Assembly (NCBI GenBank): GCA_026936335.1
Contig: JAPMXV010000071.1
Coordinates: forward strand, 62,001-126,000
Origin: Mantamonas sphyraenae STR306
Lineage: Eukaryota; Protista; CRuMs
DNA: 64,000 nucleotides
Direction: 5' to 3'
The notes beneath the pieces were generated by a model. It saw only the letters and a list, made by a program, of their open reading frames with translations, made no database searches and was not told the DNA's origin. The position numbers were made by a program, and so were the translations under genes. Within the stretch, counting starts at the first letter, position 1. Each line of letters begins with the position of its first letter. Below are positions 58,082 through 64,000 of this stretch, piece after piece.

Positions 58082-59835
58082 TCACATGCTGCTCCCAGCC
58101 ATGGCACTGCTGCTGCCTCCTTCGCTCGTGCCCTGCTTGCTCTCCTTCTGCGCCTCCTTGGCTTCGCGCAGGGAGGCTGTCAGGATGGAGGTGCGCAGCA
58201 TGAGCTCCTTGGTCTTGACCATGACCTCGTTGTGCACAGACGGGTATTGGGCGCTCATGACCACGTGGTTCTTCTTGGAGTCGATCTTTGGCTGGTGCTG
58301 GGCGCCAAAATGGGCGTTCTTGATGAGGCCCACAATCCACTTCTCGGCGGCCTTTTCATCCATGGCCAGCTTGTCCGCCAGCATGGCGATGTCGATGGTC
58401 TTGTGGATGCGGCAGTAGGTCTCAAAGATAAACAGGCGTGCGTTGTGGAGAAAGTCCTCGCGGATGTGGGTGAGGAAAAAGTCGTTGGTGAGCACCTGCA
58501 GGCAGATGTCCAGCTGCTTCTGGGCGCCGTCAAAGTCAAACTTGACGTACAGCGACTGCACAAACTCCAGGATGGGGTCCTGATACGTGTAGGCCTCCAC
58601 CTCAATGACGCGCACAAGGTCGTTGAGGACGGCATGGCCGCGCTTGTTGGTGATGACGGCGGCAGTGAGGTAGCGCAGCACGTGCGGCGCCTGTGTCTGG
58701 ATGGCGTTCATGTACTTGTCGTCCAGGAACATGTCGATGATGCCGTTGCGTCCGGTGCTGTGGTTGAAAAACACAAAGAGGGCCCAGTGGATGAGCCAGG
58801 TGCGCTGCTGCAGCTGTTCCAGTGGCGTCCAGCTGCTGCGTCCGTCGATGGCCTCCCGCAGCCTCTGCAGGTCGCCCTGGGCTTCGTCCCAGTTGTTTGT
58901 CATAATTTCGCAGGCAAACTTGCCCCACAGTGCGTTCAGCACTGCGTCCGAGTCCTTGCTCAGGTGCGTAAAGTTGTGCAGGTACGGAGCCGCCTTGCCG
59001 TAGTTGCCAGCCTCGTACTGCAGCTTGGCCACGTCGTACATCGCCTGGATATGATCGCTCGTGATCTGGACATGTGTGTGCAGGGTGTGGCGGGGTGGGT
59101 TGTTTCTGGGTGAGTGTGTGTCGTCGCGTCGAGGGTGGACGGCCGAGTCCAACGTGGCCGCATGCCGGGTTGCTTTGGGTGCCACTCCTTGCTCACATGC
59201 ACACGGAGGTCACTCTGTGCCCTGCTTGCGCTTCCGTGTGCACTGGATACTAGGGGATAGACAGCCCTTCCCAACGATCCATGGACTCACCTCGTAGTTC
59301 TCTGCCAGAAACTCGGCGCTGAAGGTTTTGTCGCTCTCAAACTGCAGCATCAGCTCCTGGTCGTCGACCACCTTGAGCAGCGGCTTGGCTGCATCCTTGC
59401 TGTCTTTGAGCTTGCTCTTGAGCTCCAGAAGCTTCTCGTCGGCCTCTTGGTGGCCTGTGTGTGTGCGTGTGTGGGAGGGAGTGTGCGTGTGAGCGGCCAT
59501 GCACAATTTCGCCAGCCCCAAGCCGTCGCGAGAGAGGCGCCTGTACGGCCCAGGGAAGTCGGTTGAGAGCACAGAGGATGCAGCAACCCACCTTCGTCGT
59601 TCTGGTACAGCTCTGTCCACAGGTCCTTGTAGGCACCGAGCATGGCGGTGTCCTTAAACACGGCGAGGCGGGCCTTGTTGATCTCCTCGACGGGGTAGAT
59701 GTTGCGACTTTCCAGGAAGGACAGCAAGGGCAGCATCATGTGCCGATCCAGAAACTGGCCCAGAGTGGCCGTGAGATCGTGTTTGGCGGCATCGAATCCA
59801 CCGGTCGCTTCCGAAGAGGACGATGAGGAAGACAT
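58082..59835 (-). CDS. EIF3E: Translation initiation factor eIF3 subunit e (INT6); 2 introns
   Basis: FLDRHMMLPLLSFL, AKLQYEAGNY, ALWGKFACEI, QRTWLIHWALFVFFN, ETYCRIH. Confidence 0.96.
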
Positions 59836-59893
59836 GGCGTGGTGCGGTTTTGGGCGACGCCGCGCAACGCAACCCACCCCAATCAAATCGACC

Positions 59894-60564
59894 ATGGCAA
59901 ACACAAACAAGCATACATTTTCGTGGGCCCTTTTGTTGGCACTGCTGCTGTGCGGGAGCGTGGCTCTGGTGACGGCGCAGGGTGAGCTGAGCGAGGACGA
60001 CGTGGCGGTGAGCGACGGCGAGGCGGCGCAGGGATCGCAGGATGCAACGGGAGGCAACATCAGCGACGCAGACGTGAGCGCGAGCGAGGATGAGGGGGCA
60101 CAGGGGGAACAGAGCGGCGAACAGGCAGCAGGGCAGCAAGGACAGGCAAGCGCGAGCGAGGGAGCAAGCGCAAGCGAGGGCATGAGCGCAAGCGACGACG
60201 ATGCAGCCAGTGGGGAGGACAACCTGAGCGCGTCGGACAACGACGACGAGGGTAGCATGAGCGATGAACAGGTGGCAAACCCGGATGAGGAGCTGCGCCG
60301 CTTCCAGGAGTCTGTGTTTTCTGGAGGAGAGGGCAACAACAACAACAACGCTCAGGACAGCGAGGTGTCGTCCGCCAGCGATGACGAGGGATCCAACGCA
60401 GAGGACAACGTGTTTTTCGCCAATGCCGAGCAGGAGGGTGCAAGGCTGCACAGGAGTTGGAGGGGCAGCAGCAGCAGGAAGGCGGTGCTGCCTCTGAGAG
60501 TGACGTGTCCGACGCCAGCAGCGACGACGACTTTCTGCAGGGCCACGACAAGGAAGAGCTGTGA
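59894..60564 (+). CDS. Signal-peptide, highly acidic low-complexity protein ending in KEEL (frame break at ~60442)
   Basis: MANTNKHTFSWALLLALLLCGSVALVTAQ, D/E/S/G-rich body; alternate frame ends SSDDDFLQGHDKEEL-TGA (60562-60564). Confidence 0.7.
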
Positions 60565-60699
60565 TGGAATGGATCCATGACGACCAAAGGCACACTCGTG
60601 TGGCCATGAGTACCATGGCAGCGTTGCATGAGGCGTGAGTGCAGAAAGAAACGAGAAGCAAAACGCAAGAAAACGGCCTTTGTTTTGTGGGGCAGATTT

Positions 60700-61781
60700 T
60701 CATTCCTCATCGGCGCCCCCCACAGCCTGCTGCGACTGCAGCAAATCGTGCCGAAGGGACTGTGCATCGAGTTTCTTGGCACGTCGTTGCTCACTCTGTA
60801 ACAGGGTGCTCTGCATGAGGGTGTACAGTTGGGAGGAGGCGTCCATGCACAGGTCCATGCCCTGCTGGACATGCTCCATGCTCATCTGGCCACTCTGGAG
60901 CACTTGGGTCACCTCTGCCAGGCTGACCATGGCAGCCACAGTGACCAGCGCCGTCTGCGCTTGTTCCTCGGCTTGGGTGGGGTCGACACACACGTGTGTG
61001 TCGTCGTCCAGCAGCACAGCCGAGCAGGCGGCGGTCATATCATACATCTCAATACCTGCGTCTGCCAGTGCCAGAGAGGCACACGAAATAGCAGCCCCCA
61101 AGGCTCCGCCGTCGTCCTGCAGGACGAGGACAAAGAGGTCGATGGCACTCTTCGGGTACTTGTGCAGCAGCAGCGAGTCGCGAAGGGCGTTCTGCATCAA
61201 CTGACTGTACTCTTTCTCTTCGTCGGTTTGGTAGGAGGTGCGTGCGTTGATGTGGTTGCTCTCTGTGCTGCTTGCTTGTGCCAGCGACGCGCTGTTTCCT
61301 CCGCCGCCGCTCCCTTTCGCTCGTCCGCCGCTCTTGCGTTGCGTGCGTGCAAACGGCGACAGGCGAAAGTCACAGTTGAGTTGTCCCACATCACTAAACT
61401 CCTTGTTGCTCGTCTGTCGCGGTCCATACACGCCGCAGATCAGCTTGGTGTTGTTCAGTTCCAGGTAGGCGGATCCCACGGCCTGGCTGATCGAGCCCGT
61501 GCGCATGTCTGTGCGCAACCATGGGTGGTCAGAGGCGTCCGTGTGTGGTAAAGTGCGTTTTGGGGTGGAGTAAGCATGCGACGGCCGTTGTTCCCTCTGC
61601 ACTTCTCTCTCGCTCCTCCTGTGCCTCACGTACACACTTGGCGGCATTCGTCCACTCCGCGTCCGTCCGCACGCTGTCCCTCGGGCGACACCAGCGCAGG
61701 CGTGGCTCCTTTGGCATCCTCGGCCGATTCGGTGACAGCCACGTCGCGAGGACGCACAGAGGGTGGAATGGAGCTGGACAT
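60700..61781 (-). CDS. Exosome RNase PH-like subunit (MTR3/EXOSC6-like); intron ~61509-61632
   Basis: RADGRGVDECRQV-YMRTGSISQAVGSAYLE, VYGPR, KYPKSAIDLFVLVLQDDG, LALADAGIEMYD, DPT. Confidence 0.88.
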
Positions 61782-61850
61782 CCTTTCGGGGCCGGGGAAA
61801 CGGGGAGTTGGGGTGCGAGCACGTGCGCGGGTTGCCACACAGCAACAGCC

Positions 61851-62589
61851 ATGGCCGACGAAACCACACAGAACAGTGCGCAAGGGAAGCAAGTGGAAGA
61901 TTCGCCTGTCTGCCAGGCAGTGCTGTTTGACATCGACGGCACGTTGACGGACACGGACCCGCTTCATCTGGTGATCTGGAGGCAACTGCTGAAAGAGCAC
62001 CTGGACATCGACTGCACGCACGAATACTACAACGAGACGATTAGTGGACAGAACAACGCCAAACTGATGGCCACGCTGTTTCCAGACATGACAGAGGATG
62101 AGAGGGCACAGTTTGCGTGGGACAAGGAAGCGTTGTTTCGAGAGCAGGGTCGGCATGTGCTGGAGCCCCTCGCAGGACTCATCGACCTGCTGGATGCCCT
62201 GCAGGCGCGCTCCATCAAGATTGCCGCCGTCACCAACGCCCCTCGCGAGAATGCAGAGATGATTATTGAGACTCTGGGTGTGGGCAGCTACTTTGAGACG
62301 CTGGTGATCGGCGACGAGTGCGCCGCACCCAAACCCGACCCAGAGCCGTACCTGGAAGCGGCACGACGTATGCAAGTGGACCCCACACGGTGTGTGGTGT
62401 TTGAAGACTCGCCCACAGGGGCCGCAGCAGGCGTGGCAGCAGGCTGCACCACCGTGGGCATCCTCACCTCCCAGCAGGCGCAGGTTTATGACCAAGGTGG
62501 GGTGTACAGACGTCTGTGACGATTACACACAGGTGAGGTTGGACCAATTGGCTGTGCTGGGCAATGATCTGGTGGGAGAGCGGCAATGA
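61851..62589 (+). CDS. HAD-superfamily phosphatase (CbbY/beta-PGM-like); frame break at ~62484
   Basis: FDIDGTL, VTNAPR, KPDPEPY, FEDSPTG; C-terminus continues FMTKVGCTDVCDDY in another frame. Confidence 0.88.
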
Positions 62590-62698
62590 AACCAAAAAAA
62601 AGCACACAGCTCACCCGATGTCAGTGGCAGAGGGCAATCGGCTGCGGACAAAGGGCTCCCTTGGTTTTCCTCCGCCAAATTCCCTTCAGAAATCGTTG

Positions 62699-62699
<1 letters not shown>

Positions 62700-62740
<41 letters not shown>
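62700..62740. repeat. (CAG)n microsatellite, intergenic or 5' UTR
   Basis: About 13 CAG units. Confidence 0.95.
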
Positions 62741-62742
<2 letters not shown>

Positions 62743-62803
62743 GGATGCTGGGCAAAACACAAGGATCATCCCCAACAACACACCGTTGCCTTTTGAGCAC
62801 GAG

Positions 62804-64000
62804 ATGCCGCGATTTGTGGGTCTGACAGCTCACCAGCTGGCGGTAAAGAACATGATAAGTGCACACTCGCGTGATTGGATACCGTGGATCATCCCGTACA
62901 CGGAAGCGGCGGGGCTCCACGACCGACGTTTGGGAAGCAGCGACCCAGTGGTCAAAGCGGTGCTCACTCATTTGCAAGAGTCATACGGAGCTGCGGCATC
63001 TGCGAGTCAACGTGACACACTGGAGGCTGGGCCGGGGCGCGTGTTGCGTGGAGAGACGTTGCAGGCGGTGTTGACGGCGTGGGAGGGCAGCGCGACGCGT
63101 TTGGAGCAAGAGGAAGAGCTGGCTGGTCTGCTGCGACAGGATGCAAGGGGCGTCACCAGCTGGGTGGGCATGTTTATTACCAGCAGTGATCTGATGGAGA
63201 TTGTGCAGGAGACAGGGCACATGCCCATGTTGTTGGCGGCGCTGGTGTTTCTGCCGTCCGAGTTGGACACGAACACAGGAACAAACGACGTCCGCACAGA
63301 CCGCCAGGCCGCAAGCCTCAAGCTGTTTTCCAGCACAAAAGTCATCCAGTTTGGCTTTCGAGTGCTCGAGAGTGTCCAGAAGCTGATGGCACACGCACAG
63401 AGCGAACGCAAACGGCGTGCGTGGCTGCGGGCGTGTGTCACGTACAAGAGCATGATGATTGGTCATGCACATGACACCGATGGGGTGCTGGAACACGTCA
63501 AACGGGCACGCACATATGCTCTCTTGTGCCAAGACATGCCACAGGCGTTTGTGCACCCAGTGGGCGAGCTAAACTTTGCGCACCTGCGCACCCAGGAGGA
63601 CTACCAGGACCCGACCAGAGTGCTTCCGCCCATGCTCATGGAGCGTCACACCGCAAGCTTTCGCACGCGTGTGATGCAGCTGTGGGAGGAGTTTGAGGCG
63701 TCGACTGCAACGAAACCGGAGCTGCACGTGCACATCGACTTTTTGCGAGGCTCGTTCGACACGCCAGAGTACGACACCGAGTCACCCGTGACTTGGTTGT
63801 CTTCATTTGTGCTCGACAAACTGATGGAGGGGATCGACGACGACACGGCCGAACTGCACATCCGGCTGTGGCGAGTCGCACGTGACAACCAGCTGTACAG
63901 CATTCAAGGGAAGAAGGTCACAGACCACTATTCCATTGAGGATGTCAGCACACCCGCACAGTGGCACGAGTATTGCCGTGTGGCCCCCAAGGAAAAGTGG
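62804..64000 (+). CDS. Hypothetical protein, partial (runs off the right edge)
   Basis: Open frame MPRFVGLTAHQLAVKNM...APKEKW with no stop, read manually; no recognised domain. Confidence 0.7.
   Translation, partial: MPRFVGLTAHQLAVKNMISAHSRDWIPWIIPYTEAAGLHDRRLGSSDPVVKAVLTHLQESYGAAASASQRDTLEAGPGRVLRGETLQAVLTAWEGSATRLEQEEELAGLLRQDARGVTSWVGMFITSSDLMEIVQETGHMPMLLAALVFLPSELDTNTGTNDVRTDRQAASLKLFSSTKVIQFGFRVLESVQKLMAHAQSERKRRAWLRACVTYKSMMIGHAHDTDGVLEHVKRARTYALLCQDMPQAFVHPVGELNFAHLRTQEDYQDPTRVLPPMLMERHTASFRTRVMQLWEEFEASTATKPELHVHIDFLRGSFDTPEYDTESPVTWLSSFVLDKLMEGIDDDTAELHIRLWRVARDNQLYSIQGKKVTDHYSIEDVSTPAQWHEYCRVAPKEKW

Noticed and set aside
58032-58340. Upstream extension of the YicC ORF suggesting an eIF3e-YicC overlap or fusion
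   Set aside because: It is an alternate frame of the eIF3e 3' end; eIF3e has its own stop at 58082
61830-61846. GTTGCC-ACAC-AGCAAC resembling an RFX X-box (half-site also at ~5091)
   Set aside because: Spacer longer than consensus, flanking genes are not ciliary, and such short motifs are weak evidence

Overview
Gene-dense, GC-rich eukaryotic (protist-like) nuclear DNA with about 33 protein-coding genes, short GT-AG introns often containing TG/CA microsatellites, and very short intergenic spacers. Divergent gene pairs have start codons only about 55-110 bp apart. Recognisable genes are a BRCA1-like RING-BRCT protein, gamma-tubulin, two peroxisomal crotonases (-AKL), a PRXL2-like protein, a BAR-SH3 protein, VPS41, an LRR plus multi-TM receptor, a vitellogenin/LLTP-like secreted protein, a RING-TRAF protein, an MPPED-like phosphoesterase, UPF0489, an ASF1-like protein, a STAT-like SH2 transcription factor, Ku70, ATG5, PCCB, a class 3 lipase, a multi-PH protein, a Clu-TPR-LRR protein, a UBXN7-like protein, eIF3e, an exosome MTR3-like subunit and a HAD phosphatase. 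The most notable item is an intronless YicC/YloC-family endoribonuclease, normally bacterial, with alphaproteobacterial-looking motifs and a possible mitochondrial presequence (56424-58031). About eight single-base frameshifts, most at short homopolymers, suggest uncorrected long-read indels. One of them hides a KEEL ER-retention tail. I recognised no tRNA, rRNA, CRISPR or transposase. All family assignments are by motif recognition only, and no searches were run.
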